A DNA stretch of 64,000 bases from Macrostomum hystrix. Lineage: Eukaryota; Animalia; Platyhelminthes. The stretch spans positions 5,518,001 to 5,582,000 of the forward strand of contig CATNEN010000038.1 of NCBI GenBank assembly GCA_950097015.1, read 5' to 3'. Shown piece after piece: positions 13,148-25,100 of the stretch. Within the stretch, counting starts at the first letter, position 1. Each line of letters begins with the position of its first letter. The notes below the pieces were generated by a model. That model did no database searches and had not been told where the DNA came from. It was given only the letters and a program-made list of their open reading frames with translations. Position numbers and translations under genes: made by a program.

Positions 13148-14190
13148 TGGGACAGAATGACTTGCAGATCTGCATCACAACAGGATGATAGTGGGACAGA
13201 ATGACTTGCAGATCTGCATCACAACAGGATGATAGTGGGACAGAATGACTTGCAGATCTGCATCACAACAGGATGATAGTGGGACAGAATGACTTGCAGA
13301 TCTGCATCACAACAGGATGATAGTGGGACAGAATGACTTGCAGATCTGCATCACAACAGGATGATAGTGGGACAGAATGACTTGCAGATCTGCATCACAA
13401 CAGGATGATAGTGGGACAGAATGACTTGCAGATCTGCATCACAACAGGATGATAGTGGGACAGAATGGCTTGCAGATCTGCATCAGAACAGGATGATAGT
13501 GGGACAGAATGACTTGCAGATCTGCATCACAACAGGATGATAGTGGGACAGAATGACTTGCAGATCTGCATCACAACAGGATGATAGTGGGACAGAATGG
13601 CTTGCAGATCTGCATCACAACAGGATGATAGTGGGACAGAATGACTTGCAGATCTGCATCACAACAGGATGATAGTGGGACAGAATGACTTGCAGATCTG
13701 CATCACAACAGGATGATAGTGGGACAGGATGGCTTGCAGATCTGCATCACAACAGGATGATAGTGGGACAGAATGACTTGCAGATCTGCATCACAACAGG
13801 ATGATAGTGGGACAGAATGACTTGCAGATCTGCATCACAACAGGATGATAGTGGGACAGGATGGCTTGCAGATCTGCATCACAACAGGATGATAGTGGGA
13901 CAGAATGGCTTACAGATCTGCATCACAACAGGATGATAGTGCATGGGACAGAATGACTTGCAGATCTGCATCACAACAGGATGATAGTGGGACAGAATGA
14001 CTTGCAAATCTGCATCACAACAGGATGATAGTGGGACAGAATGGCTTGCAGATCTGCATCACAACAGGATGATAGTGCATGGGACAGAATGACTTGCAGA
14101 TCTGCATCACAACAGGATGATAGTGGGACAGAATGACTTGCAAATCTGCATCACAACAGGATGATAGTGGGACAGAATGACTTGCAGATC
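13148..14190 (-). repeat. 44-bp minisatellite containing the last 12 codons and the stop of the 14151-14435 ORF
   Basis: Plus-strand unit GTGGGACAGAATGACTTGCAGATCTGCATCACAACAGGATGATA, about 23 copies. Confidence 0.93.
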
Positions 14191-14550
14191 TCTTGCAGCT
14201 TGCTGAAGAGCTCCGTCTGATTTAAGACGCCTTTATCGTTGGCCTCGAAAACGATGTCGTAGCCGCGGATGGCGACTTCAAACGTGCGTGGTTTGGTGGC
14301 AGCCACAAGCTGTACGCGAACCCACACAGGGTGCTGATCAGCAAAATCTACCAGAATGCGGCTGAAGAGCTCCCTGCCACGCTCGCGAAAGTCTCTGCTG
14401 ACGGTGATGTTTAGACAGATTGGCTGATAAGTCACCTGAAGTGTGATGGATTGATCGGCAAGTTAACTGCGCTTCTTATTGCTACCTCAAGCTAGCTTGA
14501 TGCCTCTTACCTGGAAATGACTGCGGTAAACGCCTTGCTTACAACTCGAC
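14151..14550 (-). CDS. Terminal exon (14151-14435) and probable small exon (14511-14550) of a small uncharacterised gene, possibly Rdx/SelW-like fold; 5' exons not resolved
   Basis: ttcag|GTG acceptor, CAG|gtaaga donor, protein-like 94-aa frame. TFEVAIRGYDIVFEANDKG..LFSKLQEI resembles the Rdx-family C-terminal half by eye. Confidence 0.45.
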
Positions 14551-15793
14551 CTGGGATTCATGTTTTAATTAGTGATTGAAGAGTACTTCCAGGAATAAAT
14601 CCCGATTCGCTTTGGCAAGGAAAAATTAATCACTCCTTGAGTGATAGTACTTGGGTTTTAGTCTTCAATTGAGTTGTCTCTTGGTCATAGACATGCGGAA
14701 ATTACCGATGTCGGCAGCCATTATGAGCAATCAATAGTAACTCAGGACGCGAAAATGGCAAAATAAGAAAAGTAGAAGGCCCATTTCAAAACAATGCTTT
14801 TTGGCCGATGTAAAACCTCATTTCTCGTGTCTTTTGGTCAAACATGAGCATGGAAAACAGAAAATATGGGTCTTACAGCCGTAAGTCAACCACCAGTCGT
14901 CTTGACTGCGATTAAGAGCTATTAGTTTATAGCAGTAGAACTACCAAGGGGGGAATTCCACTTTTTGTGGAAATTTTTCACACTTTTGTGCTGCACCCTA
15001 AAGGAACAACGGAGCACACGAAAATCAAGAACACGGGCCAACTTTTTGTTGCGCATCTTCTGAAACTAGAACCAAGTCACCAGCTCTTCAAACCGCACAC
15101 CGTCGAGATATCCAATGTTTCTGGCCGAAGGTCTGATTTTTCCCATTAGAGCTAGTTGTAATTCATACACCCCTATGCACAAATTAGCCAGCATGTTCAA
15201 AATTTATCAGCATGTCACCCGAATGTGCCTGCATCATCTCCGTCTTTGGTGGTCACCTACCTTTATCTACGAGTAGACGGATTTGCTGGACCTTCAAGGG
15301 CTGCAACAGGTGGAAATAGGCCACTATGGACACCCTGACGCGAATTTCTCGGATTTCACCGATCAAAAGCCAAAATATTAGGCGCAGCTCAACCACAGGA
15401 GAATTAATCAGTCACCACCCAACGCTGATAGCATTCAGGCGCTGCCAAAAAAATTCAGGGTGGAGAAAAGAATAGAAGGCAAAATAGAATGTGTTTTCAT
15501 TTATTTAGAAAAAAGTATATTAAAAAATAACAACAATTATACGGGTTTTTCAACGAAGTGTAAGGAAATCATCATATGGCACAATTGCAGACCATTACAC
15601 ACTCATGCAAGGATCAATAATTTTTCCACTTCCTCTAGAAGAAGTGTCTTTATTTTATCTTTCCGAATAAATATGATATTGAAGAACTGATCGCATTTTA
15701 GAAAATCATTTAAAACAATTATGAATCTGCTTAAATAGTGTGTAGGGGCGAGATTTTACACAGCCGGTTATTTTTTTAATTCATTACAGCAAA

Positions 15794-15860
15794 CAGGGTC
15801 GGCAAACTCCGGACCGCGGGCCAGATGCGGCCCTCAAAACTCCCAAATCCGGCCCGTTGC
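15794..15860 (+). mobile_element. hAT-like DNA transposon terminal fragment
   Basis: CAGGGTCGGCAAACTCCGGACCGCGGGCCAGATGCGGCCC resembles hAT (Charlie/Buster-type) left ends; no transposase or matching right end found. Confidence 0.5.
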
Positions 15861-16131
15861 CCCTTCCGACACCTATTGTATACAGTTTCATCTTTCCCCT
15901 GCCTCATCTCTCCCGTGTGTCGCCTTCCCCCTGTCTCATCTCTCCCGTGTGTCACCTCTCCCGTGTCTTATCTCTCCATTGTCGATCTAAAACAAATTTT
16001 TAAAGAACAAAAATCATTGGGAATGTTGTTTGAAGCGTACAGAGTTGCATATTTCCAGGTAGCATACGCAAGCAGTGAATGTAAATTTCATACTCGGCAG
16101 CCATCACAGTTTTGTCCCGTTCCTTCTAGCT

Positions 16132-19100
16132 TTAGAGTTCATCCAAGTACGGTCCGTTGAGTTCGTACACTGAAAAGCAATGTTAGTTTGCATTAATTGT
16201 CAATCTTCCGCAAGATTCAGGAAAACTGCACGCTCATATAGACTTTGGTACAATCATATCATTGTCACTGTCTAATTTGAAACTCTGCTCTGCATGCTGC
16301 ACATACCGTATGACTTCACAGGAATAGCAGACACCCAGTAGACTAGCTGGAATCCTGTGAAAGCAGTTGCTCCAGTTTTCTCTGTCACAAACTGCACTGT
16401 CATGACATTGCTCTGGCTTGCGAATGAGCTCTGAGCTTGATTCAGAAAACTTCCGCTGACTGTCGCTAAGCGGCTCATAAATGCACCCTCAAAGATGTGC
16501 ACAAAGTCGCGGCCTGGCTGCAAGTCCAGGTGAAGGAACTCGATGCTTACAGCCTGGCCGAATGGTCCGGTAAGAGACCAACTGCAGCTGCGATTTGCGA
16601 CGTATGAGCTGCCGTCGCCGAAGCGATCGTGGCTGAGGATCCTTCCTCTTGAGAGGCTCGACGCGCCGCTGATATCGATCACTTGGTCTCCGTAGCAAGC
16701 TGAAGATTTCCGTTGAATGCAATTTTCTAGCATAAATGTGTAGGCACAAAAAAGGAATAGCTGCAGGAGGGCACTAGAGCATCATCTTGTGGCACTAGAC
16801 CCGCAGCCAGCCCCGAAGCCTTCTCTCTGCGGCTGCGCCCCCATGTGGCGATGAATGTGGCCTCGCCGCGGATCGAGCTCAGAGACCTATGACTTACTTT
16901 TTCGAAGTCAGATCTAGCCTCTAACTCGTTGAATAATTCTCAAGCATTAGTATAAAAAGATGCGAAAATAAAGGGAAATTTGCATGATTTGCTGCAGGAT
17001 ATAGATATCTAATCGATACAAGGGTGTAAAGCCAAGGGATGGGCAAGGCGATGTGGATGGATGTAAGCAGATGTTTTCTGTGGGTGTGCCCAGTGGGTCG
17101 TAGGTAACAGACTTACTATAATAGCTAGCAGTCTGTTCGACGCTGTAGTGCAGGAAAAATCCGCCCCTCGATACGCTCGAATCGCTTCTGAATCTGAGAA
17201 TGACGACAGGCAAGCTGAAATTGAACACTGCGGCGTCTGCGGCGCTGAAAGCCGTCGTCGGCGCTGCTGAAAAGCTGACAAGCTTCGCATCGCTTTCGCC
17301 AATTCGCAGCTGGTCGCAACAGATCTGCAGATCGAAGTAGCTGAACCAAATAGAAATGGTGGAGTGCACAGGGACCAGTAGCTCCCAGCCGCAGTCCGCG
17401 TTGTTCGGGTAGGCGCTGCCGTTGATGATGCCCTGGTGGCTCACCAAATGCACGGGTGGATCGAAGTCTACCAGACGCAGGCTTTGATATCCTGCGCAGG
17501 CTGACGATTAAATAATCAATAAAATTGTCGCGAATCAGAAGTATTTTGATGTACGAGTAGAAGTCACAAATCTCGTTGAGGCTTTATCACGCAGACAATT
17601 TATAAATTCGCAGTGGTAGGGATAGAGCTCGTACAAAAATGTGTGAATCGTGTTGATCTCCTAAAGACGACTGATACATTCTTTAGAAGTTCATTTAATT
17701 TAAGAACGGGCCAGGAAATATTTCACGGCCAGGCCTTTTTCTTCTCTAGCTAGCATCTGGTATCTACCATCTAGCATCTAGCATCTAGCATCTAGCATCT
17801 AGAATCTAGCATCTAGCATCTAGAATCTAGCATCTAGAATCTAGAATCTAGCATCTAGAATCTAGAATCTAGCATCTAGAATCTAGCATCTAGCATCTAG
17901 CATCTAGCATCTAGCATCTAGAATCTAGCATCTAGAATCTAGAATCTAGCATCTAGAATCTAGAATCTAGCATCTAGAATCTAGAATCTAGCATCTAGAA
18001 TCTAGCATCTAGCATCTAGCATCTAGCATCTAGCATCTAGAATCTAGCATCTAGAATCTAGCATCTAGCATCTAGAATCTAGCATCTAGAATCTAGCATC
18101 TAGCATCTAGAATCTAGCATCTAGAATCTAGAATCTAGCATCTGGAATCTAGCATCTAGAATCTAGCATCTAGAATCTAGCATCTAGCATCTAGAATCTA
18201 GCATCTAGCATCTAGAATCTAGCATCTAGAATCTAGCATCTAGCATCTAGAATCTAGCATCTAGAATCTAGCATCTAGCATCTAGCATCTAGAATCTAGC
18301 ATCTAGAATCTAGCATCTAGCATCTAGAATCTAGCATCTAGAATCTAGCATCTGGAATCTAGCATCTAGAATCTAGCATCTAGAATCTAGCATCTAGCAT
18401 CTAGAATCTAGCATCTAGCATCTAGAATCTAGCATCTAGAATCTAGCATCTAACATCTAGAATCTAGCATCTAGCATCTAGAATCTAGCATCTAGAATCT
18501 AGAATCTAGCATCTAGAATCTAGCATCTAGAATCTAGCATCTAGCATCTAGCATCTAGCATCTAGCATCTAGAATCTAGCATCTAGTATCTATAGCATCT
18601 AGCATTCTCAGCCTTTCTATAGGTCAAAGGCTATACCTAACCCCTTTGCAGTAAATCGCAAAATCGCAGAGAAAAAGTCCCACAATATTTCTTTGACAGC
18701 GAGATTTTAAAATTTGATTCCTAATTTCAACTCGCAAAGGTGTTTCGTAAAATAAATGAACTAGCATAACATAGATTGACATAAGGCAAACTGAGCTCAC
18801 CAATCAGCCTTTCCTTGGGCACTGCCCGGGCATGCAGGAAAACGCCGCGTCTTGCCTCGTTACTGTACATGCGAAACATGATAACAGCATCATTGGCTTC
18901 TGATTCAAACGCCTCCCATTCAGACCCGTTTGTCCAATCTGCCATCAGAATCTTGGTCGAGGCTTTGTAGGAATATATGTCCGTCCCGTGGTTCAGTATC
19001 ACATAGTTACCTGAGCACTGAGTGGTTGGGCAAGCCTGGACTTCAAGAAATAGGATGCTCACGCGAATGACGAAGCCAACTGGAGCATGCAGTGTAATCT

Positions 19101-22100
19101 TGCAGCCGTCGCTGCAACTGTCTCTCCCGTAGTCGCTGCCATTTCCGAAAGCAGCATGACTGACAACTGGCAGCGGCAGGCCGGTAAAATTTAGGTTGTA
19201 ACTTCTGGGGCCATTCGCGTCCGAAATGTCCACTGGAAAAATTGTCAACAGAGGTTTTTTGTGCTCATCTATGAGTCTAAACTGTTGCCTAAAAGTGATC
19301 TTTAAATACCTGTTCCATTGTCTTTTTCGGCAAAGAACTGCAAGTGGAACCCCTGATAGGTTCGCCCGGAGTCGCTGATAAATTTAACGATCAGCCGCCT
19401 TCCGGAAGCTTTAAACGGTTTCGACCTAAAGCTGCCAATGCTGAGAGAGACGGTCTCGTTGAGGCTGCCGGAGTCGTCGCTGAGCTGCACACGGTCGCAG
19501 CACGTCTCCAGCTCCATGAAAGAGAACCAGACCACGAGGCGAAGTCCCAGTGGCGTCTTCAGCACCCAGGTACAGTTGGCGTTGTTTTCGTAGCTCGACC
19601 CATTGCCGAATCCGGCGTGGCTCAAGATGGAGCCGTTTGAGATGACCAGGAACTCCTGGCTGCCGTGGCAGACTGTGTGAGATGATGGATTGCGAAAGGG
19701 TCTTAGCGCCTCAAAACTGCCACCCACGTGTTCGAATTCGAGTTCGAAAATGCGGGTATTGAGGCAAATTGTGCGTGAGCTTACCTAGAGGCTCATAGAC
19801 TGGCATCGCCGCTATTATAATGTCGAACCCGTAATTCAATCCGTAGATAGGCATCGGCCGCTCAGAACTGTACGCTCGAAATCGGATGGCTATGGAATTG
19901 CTTGATGACACAAAAAACCGGGTGGATCTGAGGCTGACATTCCTTGCACTTGCATCATCTTCCACAGTAATTGAGTCATAATAGCTGTAAAAACTCTGAT
20001 AGCTAGCATCCACTACGACTCGTGAACCGATGGGGGCTGAGACGGAAATCTTGCACTCCAATCCAGCCTCATAGATGCTTATCTGATTGCCATAGTTTAA
20101 GTGGCTCAAAAAGCGATCGCCTATTTCAATTTTCGGATAGTCGCCGATGAGGTAACTTTCCTTAAATGCATTCGGCAGTAAGTAGACACCAACTGGAGTC
20201 ATTGGAGCTATTGTCATTTCTTTGTCGACTGAGCACACTAAACATTTTTGGAGTTTGCGAGTGTTAGCAAGCTTTAGTTTTCTATTAGCATTAACAAATT
20301 AAAATGACACTTTTTGACATTGCCCTGACTTGTAAACACACGCACACTATATGGTAAGCAGGCAAACTCTCACTTAAGTGTGAACATCTGCCCTAAATTT
20401 CTCATTGTCAAGCAGTGTACACTCTCTACTGTCAAGCAGTGTACAACTCCCTAGAGTAGACAGTACAGTTTTTAGCAGATGCATGCGTTTCAAATCGGTT
20501 TTGATTTATCAACGCAATATTCAGTAAACCAATCACTCACCTTTCACGTGAAAAGACTGAACAGCGCTTATTCGCATCGCAAAGCCGGTTTCCAAGATAT
20601 TTTTTCGAGATTCATCAGACAGAGAGACATACTGGGGTAGAACTCGCATTTGAACATTGTTGGTGATCGAATGATAGGTGTATAAATCAGCGCTGTGAAA
20701 GCCTTTGATATACGCATTGAAGGCGCGCAGAGTGTCATCAAGGTTGACAATCACCGGCTGGATGCTTCTGTAGTTTGAACTGTCTACGAATACCATGCTG
20801 TACTTTTTGGGATTTATATTCAGGTGAAAAATTGTGACGACCAGTTTATAGTTAAGTTGAAGGTAAAATCTGTAAATACAGTAAATATTATTGAAGAAGA
20901 CTTGACTGCCATTGCCGAATGTGCTGTGACTGACTATGTAGATGGAATCATTTGATGTTGCGTTGAGGTATATTTCCCTCGAATCATAGTTCTCAGTGCA
21001 ATCTAAAATCCAAGGCATTTGAGTCCACAGATTGGCATTCCTGCTCCACGATCTAATACTTACGAGCGTAGATATATACTTTTTCTATTTCTAACTCTCT
21101 GGCAGTTTTTGCAGCAACACTTGAAGAAGAGACCATGGCGGTATTTCAAATACTTCAAATACGGAACGCGGCCTAAAATTTTCCGATCTATCCGATGAAA
21201 CAACTTCCAGAATCACAAAGCATCGGCATCGTCTAGATATTCAACGATTCTCATCGGCGTGTCTGGTGGCAAAAACCGTCATTATACGAGCGAAAATATA
21301 ATTTTTCTGGTCATAAAATCTAAAACAATCTCATATCTATTGTTATTGGTAAGAATATTTTGATTATATAGTTAATTCTTTTATTATTAAACTAATAGGC
21401 TTTCGTCATAGAGGTTTGTACACAGCAATGTCAGTTGGCCTTGTCACCAGGGTCTTCGACAAGAATCGTTCATTAATTAATTCATCGTAAAGGGCAGACA
21501 ATTTTGATCCATATGGTGGACTTTCAGGAAATTCGGTCATTCAGTTTGAGAGCTATCGTATAGGCAGTGGGTATTTGAAATACCCCATGGTCTTTCCCAC
21601 TAGGAATATACCAAATAAAATGTCACAATGAACCCTTCCACAGTTAGTTTCTACGGTCTCAGACTTGTCTCTTTTGTACCCTAAAATTATTCTAAACTCT
21701 AACCTAAATAAGTTTCTGCCAAGCATCTGCAAACTCACAGTATGGCGTGAATAGGTACTTCGCTTGGTAGCGCAGCGAGAAGCCCTTATGAGCAACACTA
21801 GAGTCACTGACAAACCTGACCGTTAGAAAATTATTTTCAAAATTTATTGGACCAGCTCTGTAAACTCCAACGCTGACTGACAAGTTGGTGACCTCGGTTC
21901 CGAGCCAATCGCTGAAGCGCAGGAAGTCATGCCCAACTTGCAGGTCTACGTAGGTAACCCACAGATGAATGACAGAGCCGAATTTAGCAACCAGCGCCCA
22001 GCTGCAGTTCGCGTTGTTCTCGTACACGCTGCCGTCACCAAAGGTGCTGTGGCTTATAAGGTAGCCAGGCGGGTCTGCGACACCCACTGACAGTGTCTGC

Positions 22101-25100
22101 TGATCCTTGCACTCTAAGGCAGAAAAAAGTTGCGGCTTTTTATTGAGAGAATGCATTTAAAATTGTGTATAATCTGAAATAACTATGAGTACAAACTTTA
22201 TCAGACAACCTGAATGACTACCTGAATGCCGTAAAGGCAAATCCGCGGAAAATATGCTACGTAGAGGTGTCTGACAGCAAATGTTCTCGTGCACATTTTT
22301 TATGAAAAACACGTCATTTATTCCCATCAAATCCAAAACCCGGTCAACTCACGATGAGGAACAAAGATGCTGGACGCAGAGAAGCGAATCTTAAAGCCGG
22401 AAAGCGCCACAGTGGAGTCTGTGGAAAAGCTGATCACGACTACGTTGCTCGGAGAAGCGTAGGATGACAAGTTTCGTTTCAAGCTGTCAAAGAGGTCGGC
22501 CGGTTCGCCATCTTCATCAAGTGCCCTCACTTGAAGTACGTCGCAGCAGCTCTGCACATCCCATCGCACCAACTCCAAGTTGATTCTCGACCCCAGTGGA
22601 GCCCTGAGCGTCCAGCTACAGCGCCGGTTGTTGCCATAGACGCTGTCACCGTTCCCAAAGTTGCTGTGGCTAATGAGGTAGCCGGGCAAGTCGGACGGCT
22701 TCACTTTGATGATCTTGTCTCCGAAGCAATCTAAGTTGAAGTATTTGAAGCACATTGTTCAGCACTAGTAAAGCACATTTGCGTTGAAGTCATCTGTTTC
22801 TTGTGGGTTCAAAAGTTTTTCTGGTTAAACGGAATTTTTACGATCTAGCTTCTAGCCTGGTTTCAAATCATATTCACAACGTGAGCCCTCGCATGCTTGT
22901 GCTCTAGGCTTTTTCTAGCAACTTCTCCTTAAGTCAAGCTTTTACTTGCCCGTATTTTTTACAATGAAAATTTGGTAACGAACTAATTGGGAAAGTGATT
23001 TTTTTGCGATAGATCTAATGAAAGGGCCTACCAACTGGGTCCTGGTACGACAAGGTACTAAAGTGCAGCAGAAAGCCGGTGCCCTCTGTTTTGTTGTCCG
23101 TCTCGAAGCGCACAGTCATCCGGTTCTCTTTTGAGCGGTAGGTCGAGCTGTTGAACTCGTAGCGACCAACAGACATTGACAGCGTCTCCATTTTAGTATT
23201 TGAGCCGTCAAGCAGGCTAACTCGGTCACAGCATGTCTCCAGGTCTATGTAAGATAGCCAAACCACAACGAAGGTATCTTCTGGGGCTACCAGCAACCAA
23301 CTGCAGTTCATGTTGCTTGAGTACCTAGAGCTACCATCGAATTGCTTGTGACTCATCAGCGTACCTTGGGCCGAAGGGTCGATCAAGATGGTTTCGTTTC
23401 CCGTGCAAGCTGGGGGATAAGAAGTTATTAGTTTTATGAGCGTAAATGTTACGCTTTTCTTAATTAGGCTTGCATTCTCAAACAGCATACAAATCTAATC
23501 AGAAATTTTTAATTGTGTCTCGTGAAGATTGTCGCAGGTTAATATGCATTAGTCTATAGGAAAATTTAGTATATAACGTACCTAATGAAGCCTCTGTTTT
23601 GTAAAGTAGCTGAAAATTGCCTGTCGAATCACCCCTATCTTGAGTTATCTCAATACTCGTAGACGGATGTTGCGAATAAATTTGGAAGTCCGTGTCAAAG
23701 ACATTACCGCAGATTCCGTAGGACTCTATCAACAAACCAGCAGCCCGGAATCTGACAGTGAAGCAGAACTGATTGGCCACAGGGGAGATGTACGCAAACC
23801 TTAGAGACAAGTAGCTGTCCATGGGCTTGTGGATGGTCCAGTTGCACCGAATCGGCGAGCCATTGTCTACAGAGTTGAATCGACCAACAAGAGCCGGACG
23901 GTCAGTTTGGTTCTCTGCCACTGTCACGCGCTGTTCTCCGATGCACTCTAAAATGCAATCACTCTACACTCTAAAGTATTTTACGATTTTACCGCTTGCA
24001 ATCAGCTTCTAAGTTTTCTAGTTGGATGTGCTAGTGTTTTAAGCAATTTGTTTTCAGGTGGCTGCCAATTTTTAAGCCATGTTTATACTTTCTAGTATCG
24101 GCAGCTACTAGCGATCGGTAGCACCTAAGTACTAGACTCACCAAAAACCTCAGCCGCTGCTATCGCCCCGAAGTGCAGCAAAAAACCACCTCCACCTGTG
24201 TTATTGTTCGTCTTAAATAGCACTGTCATCGCATTGTCGGTAGACCGATATATTGACGAGTTAAAATATCCCACACTGCTGGATATTTCTGCTAAGGTTG
24301 AGTTCGTCCCATCGAGCAGCACCACCTGGTCACAACAGGTTTCCAGCTCCATGTATGAGAACCAGACAGTGACAAAGTACCCCATTGGGGCCCGCAGCAG
24401 CAAACTGCAGTTCAAGTCATTGGCGTACACGACTCCTGAGCCGGCACCGCTGTGGCTTGCTACTGATCCCGATGGAGCCGCTGGATCGATCATGATTGTG
24501 TCATTGACAGTGCAGTCTGAAACATAAGTTATGCGAACTGGCGGTTTGCCTCTTGCTCTAATGTCCCTAAACCGGATTCCCTGGCAAGGCCATATTCATT
24601 TGGGGCGCAGCCGCGGAGAGAATGTTTGAATGAGCTTGTCGCTTCAATTTATCAACATTACTTTACTTTCCTTTTTGTATTATAGTTTGTTTATAGTTTC
24701 TATTATACTCATAGTATCTACAACTTTCGAAATAATAGAGCAAACTTAGAAAGGATTAAATCAGAACGCCATTGACGTGCGCATTAAACAACAACAATCA
24801 CAATAATAATTAACAGCCAACTCATTACTCACTCGATCTACCCGTCAATGGGCAAGGTGAATTGCGGGTAAAGTTAATGAGCTGTTCGCAGTTTTTTTTC
24901 ACAATTTTCTAATAAATTTAACACTTGCAACCCACTAAGCTTGACCCGTCCGTAACGATACAGCCATTACCATGAAAGTCAATTCTTACTTAAGATTAGC
25001 GGAAAGCGGACCGTGTCGAACTTGAGGTAAAATCCCATCATAGAAAACATTGGCTCCTTCCAGTTACTTATTCCAATCTCCGCTCGAGTCGCAGGGTATG

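Noticed and set aside
4290-14190. CRISPR-like appearance of regular 28-44-bp repeats
   Set aside because: Units are contiguous with no unique spacers, there are no cas genes, and the context is eukaryotic.
15261-15335. Possible extra exon linking CUB-A to the 14151-14435 ORF
   Set aside because: Phases do not join without stop codons, so the link is not supported.
16012-16020. TGA at a possible Cys position read as selenocysteine
   Set aside because: The frame is already broken by upstream stops and no SECIS element was recognised.
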